From contig NC_134030.1 of assembly GCF_964204645.1 (NCBI RefSeq), forward strand, positions 4,568,778 to 4,632,777: 64,000 bases of DNA, written 5' to 3'. The position numbers were made by a program, and so were the translations under genes. The stretch is from Tubulanus polymorphus. Lineage: Eukaryota > Animalia > Nemertea. Shown here piece by piece: positions 12,901-26,300 of this stretch (its first letter is position 1; the number at the start of each line of letters is the position of its first letter). Under the pieces are notes generated by a model. That model did not search any database. It was not told the origin of the DNA and saw only the letters and a list, made by a program, of their open reading frames with translations.

Positions 12901-15900
12901 TTATGAATTATTTCTTATTGATTCTATTCATTATTTCATACACTATATATAGCTAGATATAGCGATGCTTTACTGTCGACAAGTCCATTTTCATGTTTAA
13001 GTTTTTACTTCACATAAGTTTGTGAAGGTTTAAACCTTGCGGATGTATGGAAATTAGATAGTTTATCAATCGACACAAGAAGAGGACCGCGATGACTCGC
13101 GTTCAGCAATATATAGATATATACATGCATTATATTGAAAAAGATTATCAAAATCGACGATGGGAAAGATTCAATTCTTTGCACACACAGAGTCCCCGAG
13201 GCGGAAATCTTGCCGAGAATAACAAGACACAGAACTTGCTCGTCGATATAACGGTATTCTATCCATTTCTTAAGGTGTTCAACGTATCAACGCTAGGTAG
13301 TAAGAATCCGCATCTCGGCGCTATGTTGATTGATTGACTTCACTGGCGGCGTGTCGTGCGTCATCGCGCACCTGTCGGCATCACAAGCAGCGTCGGCAAC
13401 TCTATCAACAATCTGTATATATGTATCATTTTCATGTAATGATTAGCATCATCACGTGCCATTTTCTATCAATAATGCGATAAATCGAAGTGATGATATG
13501 ATTTAGTTATTTTTCTATCGCTAATGATGAGCAATACGCGTTCGCACACATGAATTTGACATTTCGATGTAATAGTCAATCTGTATTAATTACCTACCGT
13601 ATAACTCGTCATTTGAGTTAACGTGAATTCGTTATAATTTCGCCTCGTTGCAGCATAGAGAAATATGAATTTAACGAATAAAATTATGACACTCCCTCGT
13701 TTACGAGTTTTGCTTTAATGAATAGAATAGAATTTTATTCTATTTGATATCGTGAATGAGTGAAATGCATATTTATGTATCGTATAGTCTAGTATAGAAT
13801 AATTATATGCTTATGTAGAAAAATACCAATTTAATGGAAGCCGTTGAACATCACCTTGTCACAGCGAAAATGGCGCTTTAGAAATTAAATTACTATTACT
13901 ATAATCATTAACTTGTAACAGATATATAAAAACTGGTCTGATGGGAACATTATCTTACAAAAATATACCAGATGGAAGTCGTATTTTAGGAATAATGGAT
14001 GAATAAACTTCCTTTGAAAATAATCAGTTCTCTTTTTGAAAGTCAAAAAACTTTTTGGAGCGCCTCAATTGTCTGATGATTTTTATTTAACGTTTGTCAA
14101 CGTTATTTCACGCTTCATATTAGAAGATTCATCTTCGATGTTACAAACATGTGAAACATTTATCAACGGTTCCGGTTTATTGTCGGACAGAATTGAAAAT
14201 CATTAGCAATGGAAACCACGAGTGACATGCGCAGTCTCCCACGAGCTTCCTTTTTCGATAAAAATTATGGATACGAGAAATTTCAAATGAATCTTTGAAA
14301 CTCTTTGTTTTCAGCTTAGTTCGTTCGTTTTTTCTTTTCTCATTCAAGTTTTCAATATGATAAACAAAAACGACTTTGTTGTTCTATTATGTTATTTTGT
14401 CACCGGTGAAAGTAAGTTTTTACAGATTTGTTTTATTTTTGGAAAAAGACTTTAAGACCCTTCATACCATCCAAGGAATCGAAAATTGTTCAAAACCACT
14501 CTTAGAATATTTAAGTATACATCATTTATATCTTCTATGTACTGAAATAACTGTCTTTTAACCACTTGTTCTTGTCTCCGGGGTTTCTTTTTTCAAACTG
14601 CTAAATGAATATGACATCCTAGATTAATAACAGTTTGGGAAATCTAGGTTTGTCCGAATAGACATCATCGATTTACGATCAAACTTAATGAGGTATATTG
14701 AGCGCAAAACATATGATTACAAGCGTACACGATTTGCCTGCGATGAAAAGCGTTTCAAGCTTTTGACGCGCAAGAGATCTAGAAACGGTCTGGGTGAGTT
14801 TGCGACATTTTCACACCCACACGGAACGCATCCACGCCCAAGTTTAAAGTATCCTCGCGGGAAATATTGATTTCAACGCCCCTCTGTGAGTTTGATAAAT
14901 AGCAATTATTAGAATATTTACTCTAATTTAGGCAGCGAAGGTGATTCACACTTTGACGCAAATAAATATTAAACTAATCTAAACAACACGACGCATTCAG
15001 CTTATTTACCAAATGTGAAAATAACGCAATCGGATCGCGAGACACCGTCAAACTTTCAGCTTGAAATTACACCCTTCCAGATTGTATATGCCATACGTTA
15101 TTTTCTCACATTGTGTGGGGTATTGTGAAACATTTTTAGAAATACGCGTTTAGTTCTTGGAATAAACAACGATCGGTTAGTAAAACTGATCCTAGAAACT
15201 ACTGAATTCCGCATAACAATCGCGAAACAGACGCGAACGGTGTGGACAGAAAATTCTTGAAAAAAGCTGCAAGTGATTAACAAAAATGTTCTTCTTACCT
15301 CAAGTCAGCTCAGTACACGCCAGTTGAATATTTCTGATGAAAATACGATAGTCTAAATCCGTCACGGGGAAAAGTACACGCCGCTGCCGCAGTTGTCGGA
15401 CGTTTGAACGTTATCTACGTACGTTCTACGTATAAGCTGCGTTCGTTGTTGATTGTTTAAACGTACGGGCGAAACGTCAATAATTGATAACGAACGTACG
15501 CGTATGATTCGTCGTTACCTCCCGAACTAAGTTCGACGAGCTGCGTGGTCCCTTGTTATTTATTTCATGTATTTTTTTTGTTTCATTTGTTTTCTCTTTT
15601 CTACTATCTTTCCGAGGTAATCAATTATTTTGTCGGCCACTCCCTAATACAATATCCAGTGGATATAGTGGACGTTTTAGATCATTTATCATGCTTAGGT
15701 TGTCTCTCGAAATGAAATAATGTGCCAACTTCAGGGGTGGAAATTAGAGTCTGTAGTTTATGGGGGAAAGGTAACTTTTTTACGGTAATTGAGAAACCAC
15801 ACGACGAAGCCATATCGTATCATACGAAGCTCTTATCTTAGGAATATATAGATATATACGTGTATGAAAATATCGGTACTGAACTACTATATTTGCATTA

Positions 15901-18842
15901 CTACTTGTAAGACTTCATTTTATTATCGGTGAAGTTATTTTCTCAAACGTCGTCCACGGTGGAGTTTAGTACGTCTGCCCAGACGAACACGCGGTACTGA
16001 TCGCTTATAATATAAAAGAGTACTATACTATAGCCTTTTATCATATTGGAAAAATCTCCACTTCAGACATTTTTATACCATCAAACGTATTACGTCAATG
16101 ATTTGTAGAGTTTGTGGAGGAAGAATATTCGAGTTGTTGATAGTTTGTCCGTGAAACGTGACACAATGTCAGCGGCGGAAATGGCGAACATCGCAGTGTC
16201 GTGGATTAAAACGTGAACGGCGGGACATTTTTCATGCTGCTAATACGAAAAAGATTCGGCCGATTGCGATTAGGACTCAATGGAAGCTCGAGTAATACCA
16301 GCGGATTAATAGTGACACATAAAATAAATAGCACGTCGTTAATTTCAGGCCGGATTAAAACGAGCGATAAATATTGAATAAATGGCCCGGAAAGTGAGGC
16401 TGGATCCAGTGAAATGTAATATGAAATATCGCCAATGACCCATTTTGATTGAATATTGCAATCACTCGATTAATTTCTATGTATTTACGTCCGTAAAATT
16501 ACCAACTGTTTATAAATATACATTTTGAAATAAAAATCATATTTGAAAAATTGCTGATTCGAAAACGACTCTTAAATTGACAAATCTGTTGTTGTCTGCG
16601 TCGGCGTTTTATCTATGTTTTATCGTATACAAGCGCTACATACATATCCTTAATTATAGGGTAATAATAACGTAGTCTTTTCTTTCGACGATAACCACAA
16701 CGCCTGATATGTATATATTTGCTGCCGCGGTCTAACCTGGTGAATACGAAGGGACGGAAATTTGTGCCATTTCGGTCCGCAGGGATATTAACCAGCGGTA
16801 AAGCTATTAGTGGAGCTATATCTAATAGAAAGTATCGTCGGCAATATCGAACTCCGGTAAACCCGTCTTCTAATTAGCGGTAGCCGTGTACAAAAAGAGT
16901 AGGGATCTAGAATCGAAGAATGGCAGTCAACGATATATATTTCACTAATAATACAAATAAAACCAAAATGTATTTATCGGCTCTACTTCAAAATAACGAA
17001 TACGTTATTGGAAAATCATTGATACCGTAGCTTGACAACTTCTTCAATTTCGCGCATGTTGATATCAAAGACGCATTGTTCCTTCAGTTCAGAGAGTTTG
17101 ATTTCTACCCTGTCTTCATAGACGAATTTATGCAGTAAATAAGAACATTTCAGACGTAGTTTATAACATGCTGTGCACAGTTTTTCGAATTCAATGTTAA
17201 AATTGTTTTGGTCAAATATCTCCACAGATGACTTCACTGTGGAGAGTTCTAAGAATTCACGCAATGTTTACAATATATACAATATGTATATATATAAATT
17301 CTTTGTTTACGTATATATAAGTTTACAAATAAGAAGATTGATATGATCCAAGATGCCCTCGGCTAAAATCGATGAAATGTCGTGAGCTTATTCTAGTGTC
17401 GATTATAAGTTCGATTTTTCAATCTTCATATCATTGTCCGGCTGAACGTAGCGTTCACGTAGATCTTATCATACTCTATTTCTCATGGAACCTTCCAGAA
17501 AACAATAGATGCACGAATGAACACCACGAATGCCCATCAACGTTTTGCAACTGATTCACCCGGAGGGCGGACGACGCGGCTTCTTATAAAGAAGAAATAT
17601 GAAAACTTTATTGTTCATCATAACTATATCAGTTGTCAACGGATATAGAAAAACATGTATATGATACCGAGGTACGGATACTGATCGGTGACTTTAACAG
17701 TTACATGACAGAGCGTGAAATTGTACTAATTCATTCGTTTTTCTGGTTCCTTTTATTGAATATGATAATCTTTGTTTTTAGGCACATTGACTGCGATCTT
17801 ATTTTCTGTACGATATTTGCCTAACAATTTAGTCCTCGTAGATTTAGTCGCTCATTTCATCCCCGATTTTAGAACCATAAAGGAAAAGGTGTAAGTTTTT
17901 GAAGCCATTCTCCATGTGATAGTTCTGCATATCATTGATATAGGGAAAATAAGAGGGGTCACAAATTGTCACCCTGTCTGATACTTATGTTGCTGCTTTG
18001 AGTCCAGCCAGTGGTCTCATCCTTTCGCCTCATCTTCAACCATCTCAGTTACGGACCATGTTCTGCGTGAATTTTGACTTATCTTATGTTGCAAACAATC
18101 ACCATTTCGTTCCACTGACCATGTAGTTGTGTATCTAGTAGGCGGATAATTCAATACATGTTAATATTGTAAAACGTAACGGTCATACTTGACGCCAAGG
18201 TCACATGCAACTCGCATTCATTAGACACAGATACAATCATCACGCGTATTTCACCCAAATTCGCACGCGCAATATGATTTGTAAATTTCAGTTGTGGAGA
18301 AATTGATGTCTGTTTAATTAGATGGGTGATTCGATTCTTTATTCGTGCATATGTCCTCTTACAAACAACTCCTAACATCCAAACGACCCCATGTCCACAG
18401 ACGTTTAAAGTTCACAAACCCTCCGTCCCCTCGACCTTGGATGTCTTTTATGGTCAGCCCCTGGTTCGTCCAGTCCATACAACCAAATGTTTTGTCATTT
18501 TTCCTCTATTTGAGAGCTCAAATTTACGTGGGTTTCTCATTCTCGTTCTTTTTTGAAAAGTGTTATAAAAGAATGAGTTACTATTATATACTTATGAGTC
18601 TCGCATGTCTGTCTCGCTTGCTTTATCTTATTTCTGAGACACCCCATCCGGGTAACCCACGCAAAGGTTAAGTTTTCTTAGAAATCATGAAGCGATGAAG
18701 TTTCAGTGTAATCTCGAGGGTGTCAGTGTGAACCTTTGACGGGAAAATTGCTCAACTTTTTTAATGAAGATCTTAACTCTTCAACAAGCATAAATGATAT
18801 TCGGCGCCTCGCAGAAATTATATAACTCTCAAAACTACTACA

Positions 18843-18950
18843 GGACCCAGTTCCACAGTTCTGTGGTTAGATTTGACTCTGAGTTAACTCTCTGAAAATG
18901 AACTAATCTTAACTCAGAGTTAACAATAACTCACAACTGTGGAACTGGAT
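18843..18950. mobile_element. ~108-bp MITE with TIRs
   Basis: CCAGTTCCACAGTT (18847-18860) / AACTGTGGAACTGG (18935-18948); second diverged copy at ~9865-9951. Confidence 0.7.
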
Positions 18951-19580
18951 CGTGAATATTATCTTAAATCAATTCGGAATTAATCCTTCGACTTAGTTCT
19001 GACAGCAAGAAAAATGTCCACAAATCCAATAGTGATTTTTTGAAAACGGTTGCAAAGGTTGAAATGGAATGTCATTTTTATTACCGCTTTAGCACTCCAT
19101 TTTTAATTAAGTCAGATATTCAGTGACAAGAGACATTTCAACCTCTGCCAATATACAACTCCATTTGAAATCAAACTCCCACTCGGCACCAATTACGGCA
19201 AGAAAATAGTTTTCAGGTGGTCATTATCAGCAAAAATATAACGACAAAACTATTACCCTAGTTAATATCAACAATTTGACATCATGAATTTTTCATTTGA
19301 TTTTCTCGTTGTGAAGTAACTTTTGAAGCGATCGCGATTTAATGGGAAAATAGACGATGACATGACGACTCAATATGGATGACAGTTTCAGAACGAAATC
19401 GTTCCGGTTCATACTCTGAAATAATTAATTCAGTAAAATACAAGTGAATCAAATGATTAAACTACAGGTTTATATACAACATAAGTTACAAAATTACAAG
19501 TGCTAAATTCTAAGCTAATTACAAACCAAGTATTTAATTACAAACTAATTATTTGAATACATTTAGGATAAAGGAATAAG

Positions 19581-20159
19581 CATTATGCGTTTCCTATTCA
19601 TGTCATCGATCAATGTATTAATAGATTTTTGAAATCAAAACAGAACTCAGAACCTCAACCGAAACCTGTTGAAGATGGAATTGATCTATTCATTTCATTA
19701 CCGTATATTGGTAACCCGTCAATCCTATTTGCCCGAAAATTGAAATATCTATTTAAAAGGAATTTTGAAATCAACTTGAAATGTGCATTCACTACGACCA
19801 AAATTAAGAATTTTTTCTCTTTGAAATGTGCTACCCCTAAATCGCTGAAGGCTAAAGTCATATATAAATTTAATTGTTTATGTGATATAAACACTTCCTA
19901 TATTGGGAAAACTAAACGACATTTGGCCATCAGGATTAAGGAACACAGATCAAAGACTTCTGCGATTGGACAACATCTCGCAATTTGTCACACTTGTGAT
20001 CAGGAATTCAGTAACAACAAATTCAAAATTCTAGACAAAGGTTCATCTGATCTCGACTGTAAAATTAGGGAGGCCCTGTTTATTAAAGCGCAACGACCCT
20101 CTTTAAATCAACAATTATTTCAAAACGGCTCATCCTTTATCCTAAATGTATTCAAATAA
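19581..20159 (+). pseudogene. C-terminal fragment of PLE polyprotein: end of RT thumb/linker plus GIY-YIG endonuclease (open frame, no true start)
   Basis: HYAFPIHVIDQCI...ISLPYIG...VIYKFNCLC..SYIGKTKRHLAIRIKEH...SAIGQH...REALFIKAQRPSLN: VIY/YIG, catalytic R, E and N, and CCHH residues typical of PLE endonucleases. Confidence 0.9.
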
Positions 20160-20272
20160 TTAGTTTGTAATTAAATACTTGGTTTGTAATTAGCTTAGAA
20201 TTTAGCACTTGTAATTTTGTAACTTATGTTGTATATAAACCTGTAGTTTAATCATTTGATTCACTTGTATTT

Positions 20273-20309
20273 CACCTGATGAGGGGATATGATCCCGAAA
20301 ACGTTCGTG
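20273..20309 (+). ncRNA. Minimal type I hammerhead ribozyme in PLE pLTR
   Basis: Stem I CAC/GTG, core CTGATGA, G, stem II GGGAT-ATG-ATCCC, GAA, palindromic stem III AACGTT, cleavage C at 20306. Confidence 0.88.
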
Positions 20310-23300
20310 TTAATAAACTGTATTTACTCATTAGAAAATGAGGTTTTTAATGTTATCGCTTCTATGGTTATTCGGATATTTGAACTCTCTTCCTAAGATC
20401 TAATTAATTCAGTAGCTGTTCATATAGATACATGGATATAATAGAGATTTGAATATCAAAAGGATGTTTTGTATATGCGTCTATAGCTATACTTTAAAAG
20501 CAATTGAATATTCTATGGTTATTCGTCGGATGTGTTCCATTTCATTATGGTCTGCGGTTTTTTACGAAATCCTCTTATCTCTGGAAAATAGCTGAATTGG
20601 TTGAAAGTAAGCCCATGTCTATAAGAAAGGATCGGATGCTGAATTTTTATAGCGCCTTGTAAATAGTAAGGACTATGGTCAAAGATGCTGCCCAGAAACG
20701 GGGGATCACCTGAACAAAAACGTGTTGAGCTGGCATTTGAATGGCACACGAATTCCACACGACGGGCGCAAATAAAATCAGTCAATGGAGTCGGATTGTA
20801 TTCCCATGGAGCTCGTCCATTTTGCTTCATTAAATTAATGAAAATTAAACGACAAAAATATCTCGTCGCTGTGAGAGATATTTTCATGAACAGAAAAAAA
20901 AATGGTTTTCATATCGATTCGATTCTACAGCCGATATTTAATAGGAGATCTCGTGTGGTGGATTGCGTTGAAATTCAATACGCTAGAGGCTTTTCGCTCG
21001 GGGAACACCACCGACTTCCGTCTCCGTAACAGGTCGGGATCGGTCGCGAGACCAGGATGTGACAAAAGGTAATTCGGCTGAAAGAGGAAACTCAACTATT
21101 CAATTTTTGATCGGGTGGCAATTGATATCGTAGACGAGGTGTCTTAGAATTAAAAGCCGAGATCGGCGAAATCCGGAACATTTTCTGCGGAGCGAACCTG
21201 TCATTTAAATAGTAACGTAATTCTCACACCACGATATGATATCCCTCAGTTTGATATCAAATAACATTGCATGGAAAGCGTCGACGAAAACCGGAGGTTA
21301 CGGCTATATTTGATGTTTTCCGAAAAAAAATGCAGCTTTTCAAGGCAACCTCCGTTTAAAATGACGATCGCCTTTATGCACTTGACATTATTCAACTTCT
21401 GCAACGACTTGGATTAGAATCGAACGCTGACGACGTATGATTAAGTGAATTACAGAATGAATTTCTTCGAATTCTAGACTGTAAATATTGAGACAAGTAA
21501 AGCATTCGAAAATGTTTATTTTCTTCATCAATTCGACGTAAAATATACAGAATTAGAATAATATGTTGTTGCGATCGCCTATAATACACAAAAGATCGCC
21601 ACGACGGCCTATCCACGTTGACACATCTAGTCTGGCTAATTAAATAATGAAATTTTTCTCACATGACTAGTCGTGCTTGTTAACCCTTGATTATATACGC
21701 AAGTCGAATTACCAATTAGCGTTATTTTCAGCCGCGGGAATCTGCGAATCTGCTCCATTAGTACCGCCGACAACTGGGATCTACTTCCGAATCTAGATCG
21801 GTCGGATATGACGTCGTCTCCCGACTGCGTGACGTCATACAATGAAGCCGACGGACGTCACCTACAGACGACTTGATTTGTGTAATAGATCAGACGTGAT
21901 TATTCAATGAAATGGTGCTTATAGAACATTTAATTAACGTTTTATAATATCGTAATCGCGTGCCAGGGCCACGTTTGCTATGCATCTTCGAAAATCGGAT
22001 AGTAGGCCGTTGCGTACTATCGTTAATATTTAGGATTGTAGACCATCTATCAGGCACCGTTTTATAGAATCTGATAGCAACCATAAAGCTTAAGTGTTTT
22101 TCGTCAAAAAGTAAAGGCCATTTCTGCGACACCAGTTTGCACTATTCGTGATACTTGGTAATCATTAGCTAAAGGCTGAGTTTCAGTCTACTTACATCAC
22201 GATTAGCTACTAATAACTACCTTCTCGTCAACTACTACAAATCACAATTAGCTTTCGTGAAATAGACACGCGATTTATTACAGGGGCAATGTTAATTTAG
22301 CCGACATCGTTCAATGTTTCAGTTATGTTTAAAGAAGGAAACAGTGTGATGTATAATGGAATTATATCAATCGATAGTTTTCGGATTTACTTTGCCGAGC
22401 ATAGATTCCTTACAGTTCATTCATTTTAATTTGTCTCCGAGGTCCCCGGGGTCTAAACACGTGACTCAATCGATCATTCAGCAAGCGACAAGTCGAAACA
22501 TGCTTAGAGTTCGTAGACTCCTATATTCATTTTTAAAATCGAGATTTTTTACCGCTTTTATCCGGATTAGCCGTACGTCTAGAATAAGAAATCTGCTGCG
22601 TTGAAAATTTGCACGCATTTCCTTGAGGGTATATATTCCAATTTAGAAGTGAAAGGGACTCAATAAAACGTCATCAAAACGTCATCCAAGTTGCCACAAA
22701 ATACACTACAACATCTACTTCGTCCCGTCTTGTCAATTCTGAAATTAGAATGGACGAATCGAAAAGATGACTCGCAACGAATAACATCATCCACAAAGAT
22801 CGACGTAGAAAAATTTGGATCGATGAGAATTGACCTAGGCATTTATAATGAAGGCTGACGAGCTTTCCTGCGAATAAACTGAATGCAAGAATGTCCCGTG
22901 TTCCCTTTTTTTCCAGTAATGGGATATGGAGTTAAAGCACTCCGGACAAAAGTGAAGGGAAACATTACGATGTCGTTCCTTTTGTTGATTTAGATGGTAA
23001 GCAGATATTCTTGATGAACACGGCTGCGATTGATCTATCGCGGTGAAATGTCGCGCTAAATTCTACAGGAAGAGCTCCCTTGCATAGAGGTCCTTTTGAA
23101 GAAACACAAAATGTTCCACTATTGCGCAGTACCGGCCTCAAACACCGGTAGATCAAAGCAGAACCCGAACAAGTGCAGAGAGAGAGAGAGTAGTACACGT
23201 ATGCATACTGAAAATGACATCTTAAGTTGAACTCGGAACTCGGAAATTTTCGATCTCCTATTTTTATTTTCGAATGCGAAATTTTAAACGAATCACGAAG

Positions 23301-26300
23301 CTTATATCGGGAATCCAGCATAATAATCGCAATAACATGCGGAAAATGTTCAATATGAAGACCGTTTTAGAATTGATTTTCTTGATCTAGTTACATTCAG
23401 AGATATCTTAATTAGTTGATATATACCTAGTTTCGGTTTTGATGAAACGCGTTTCGTCTTCTTTCATCGATTATTATCAAATGCTTTCCTTCAGACGCGA
23501 CGCAATACCACAATCCTCTCCTCGAAGAATGCGGATATCGTCGCATTTTTCGTCTACTAGTGTAAGTTTAATAATAGAACTTCGTAAGAAAGATCAATGA
23601 ACCCGCTGGGAATAATTCGATATGAAACCAAATTCACCACACAAGACAATTCTACTCATATCCGCCGCTAGTGTAAAAAGATTTTCCATCGATTAAATGC
23701 TGCAAAAACTAACGCGCAGCAGGTTCTTACAAATAATTTCCTATCCGTAGAATTTGAACTGAAGAATGTGGACGGGCAATAGTGTGTTTGTGGTAGAAAA
23801 AAAACAGATACGCTGGTCTAAGTTCTCTGAAAATCTTAAAAAGTGATTACATGTGATGGACAAAGTAGTTTCATCGAAGAATTTTGTAACGTTCGCGACT
23901 CACGATACTACCGATTAAGAGAGCACCGATTTGATATGAGAAGTATCGGTCTGTCCATGTAGAAAGCAAACTGTAGCAGTGCGGGGATGCGTGGCTATTG
24001 TGGCCATCAATGATAAAAAGATTAGTTGAGTCCGAATGAGGCAGTCATTTGCTGATTCCTTCCCTTTCATTTTTGTCAGTCATAGCGAAGCTTTATAGAT
24101 CGACAGTGCAGAACCTCGGCAAATATTGAACAAAATCTCTGGCGGAAAATGATACCAATGCAATTGTTACTGCGCGAGAACAACAGGATTGGCACTAGGT
24201 ATATGCAGCAAAAACATAACGTCTTCAAATTAACAGGTGTATCTACCAAAGAAAGTAGCTTATATGATAATATAGCTTTAATGATAAATAATAAATATAT
24301 ATTTATGTCGTGAGTAGCTGTTCTGAAACCGTGTTGCTGTTGCTCTCAGTAAATACGTACCAATTGACAAGATTTATGCCCAGATTTCAAAGGGTAGATT
24401 GACTGTTCTTTCCATTTGTTGTTATGCGTTGAGATGACACCAAATTCGTATCGGTACTTATCTTTTATTTTGTGCCTAGAGAGAAGCTTTTTAAATATAT
24501 ACACGCGTCATTAAGGCTTTTGTAACTGATACTAAAAATTCAATCTACTAATTGATCCCTAAGGGCATTGATCGTCGCATTAACCGAATGGAATAATATT
24601 TCTGTTTTGAAGCTTTAATTGTTGATTTATCATTTCACGCCTTCCGGCGTCAATCGCGGGCGTGGCCTGTCTGGTAAAAGCTTCGAGTGAATAAGATGAT
24701 AATATCGAAATCATCGTTTCCCCTGGGTCAAGCTTTGAACCCATGAGATGTTCGATCAGTAGATATTAAAGCGAAATGCATGCACACGAAGAGGTGGGAA
24801 GCTGGCACGATGCCTGATTGAGGTGAGTAGGCGCGAAATGTAATAAGAGAGAGCGTTAAGACAAAATGGCTGAATTTCTAGGTACGCAGTCAGTGTAGTC
24901 CTACGCTAATAAACCAATTTCTATCATATTACTCGATGACATACCGAGTCGTGTTTTGAGGAGCTGGCTGAATTCCATAGAAAATTAAGAATAAAAAAGA
25001 CTATTTGGGATAGGGCACATTAACACGATTCAAATGATTTTATGAATCTTAGTTTCCCATTCGCTGAAGAACGCAATTTCCGACGTTTGAATAAATACGT
25101 TTGATAATATTTTGCATTGAAGAATAGAGAGGGATAAAATTCAAAGATAAAATTGATGTCAAGTATCGAGGTCTAGCATATTCATATGAATTCGTATTTC
25201 CGCCATGTTTTGAACTGTTATACTGTTCCCATATGGATTATAAACTCACGCTTGGTGAGAACTACACGTTAACATGTGTTACTTAATTAAAGCGTAAAGC
25301 ATCTTTGCAGCTATCGATGTCTGATCCGTCTCTGTGTGATGTCGCGACGTCGAAACACTCTTTGAAGACTCTTTGAACTTAGATATATATATATGAAACT
25401 TGATTCACACGTCGTGCTTTGCTATGTATTTATATAACTAAAAATGTCACCAGATTTTCACCTTGCGTCTTACTTGCGAACACGTTGAAATGATGAAATA
25501 AAACCCGAGAGAACTTGTCAAACACGTGCAACGCGCAAGTTTTTTCTCGGTTTTGAACATTATCAAATACCGTTTGTGGCGCCAGTGACACAATAGCACC
25601 GGTGTTTGTTTCCTGAAAACTTAACGAAAATACTTTTAAAAAATTCATCAAATTTCTTTAACTTTCGGAGCAACAGGACTAATATCTCAAGAGGATGAAC
25701 TTACGGTGGTTCTAATTAAATAATTCAATTACAGCGAAGGTTTCCTGGTGGGAATCCAGAAACAACAGTGTTCTGTTCTAATGCACTAACCAACACAAGT
25801 TTACAGTTTTGACAAATTAATGAGAAAATATATTTGAGCGGTCGCTTTTTTTCAACAGTTGATGCTAATGTATAATACTTTGTCTACGTGGCAAGCTTTT
25901 TCCCGAACATTCATCGGAAAATGATTTCTACTTTTATTAAAATCAATGCTAAACTTATAGCATAACCATAACTCAATACATTCAGCAGGAATGATGTCAT
26001 CTTATGCTGCAAGTTTCGTCAATAACTGTTATATGCATCAATATTCATCCCAATCTTTGATTTTTCATCGGGTGAATTGGCTTGTAATTTAGCGAATGTT
26101 ATTGTCTATAAAAAAGGTTTGTACCTATTCAATGGAAAAGCATAAAGATACAATAAGGTTGATTTTTAATAAAACTCTATGTACGTGATGTTGTAGTTAT
26201 GTCGTAAATTGCCTCCGGTTTGTTATAGAAAGAGACACCGTATTTTCTACCTGACCAGATACCGCTTTACGAATCATGTGACCTAGACAGAAAAAACGCC

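Larger units (their letters stand above)
19436..20400 (+). mobile_element. 5'-truncated Penelope-like retroelement (PLE) with inverted partial pseudo-LTR and 14-bp TSD
   Basis: TSD TAATTAATTCAGTA at 19422-19435 and 20401-20414; 19436-19575 is the reverse complement of 20133-20272 (140 bp, no mismatch seen); GIY-YIG ORF inside; hammerhead and AATAAA (20312-20317) in the 3' pLTR. Confidence 0.93.

Noticed and set aside
17599-17890. Signal-peptide-like MKTLLFIITISVVNG with in-frame TGA and a possible intron (selenoprotein or LRR idea)
   Set aside because: No SECIS or homology evidence, further exons cannot be traced, and it overlaps a competing minus-strand remnant; likely chance.
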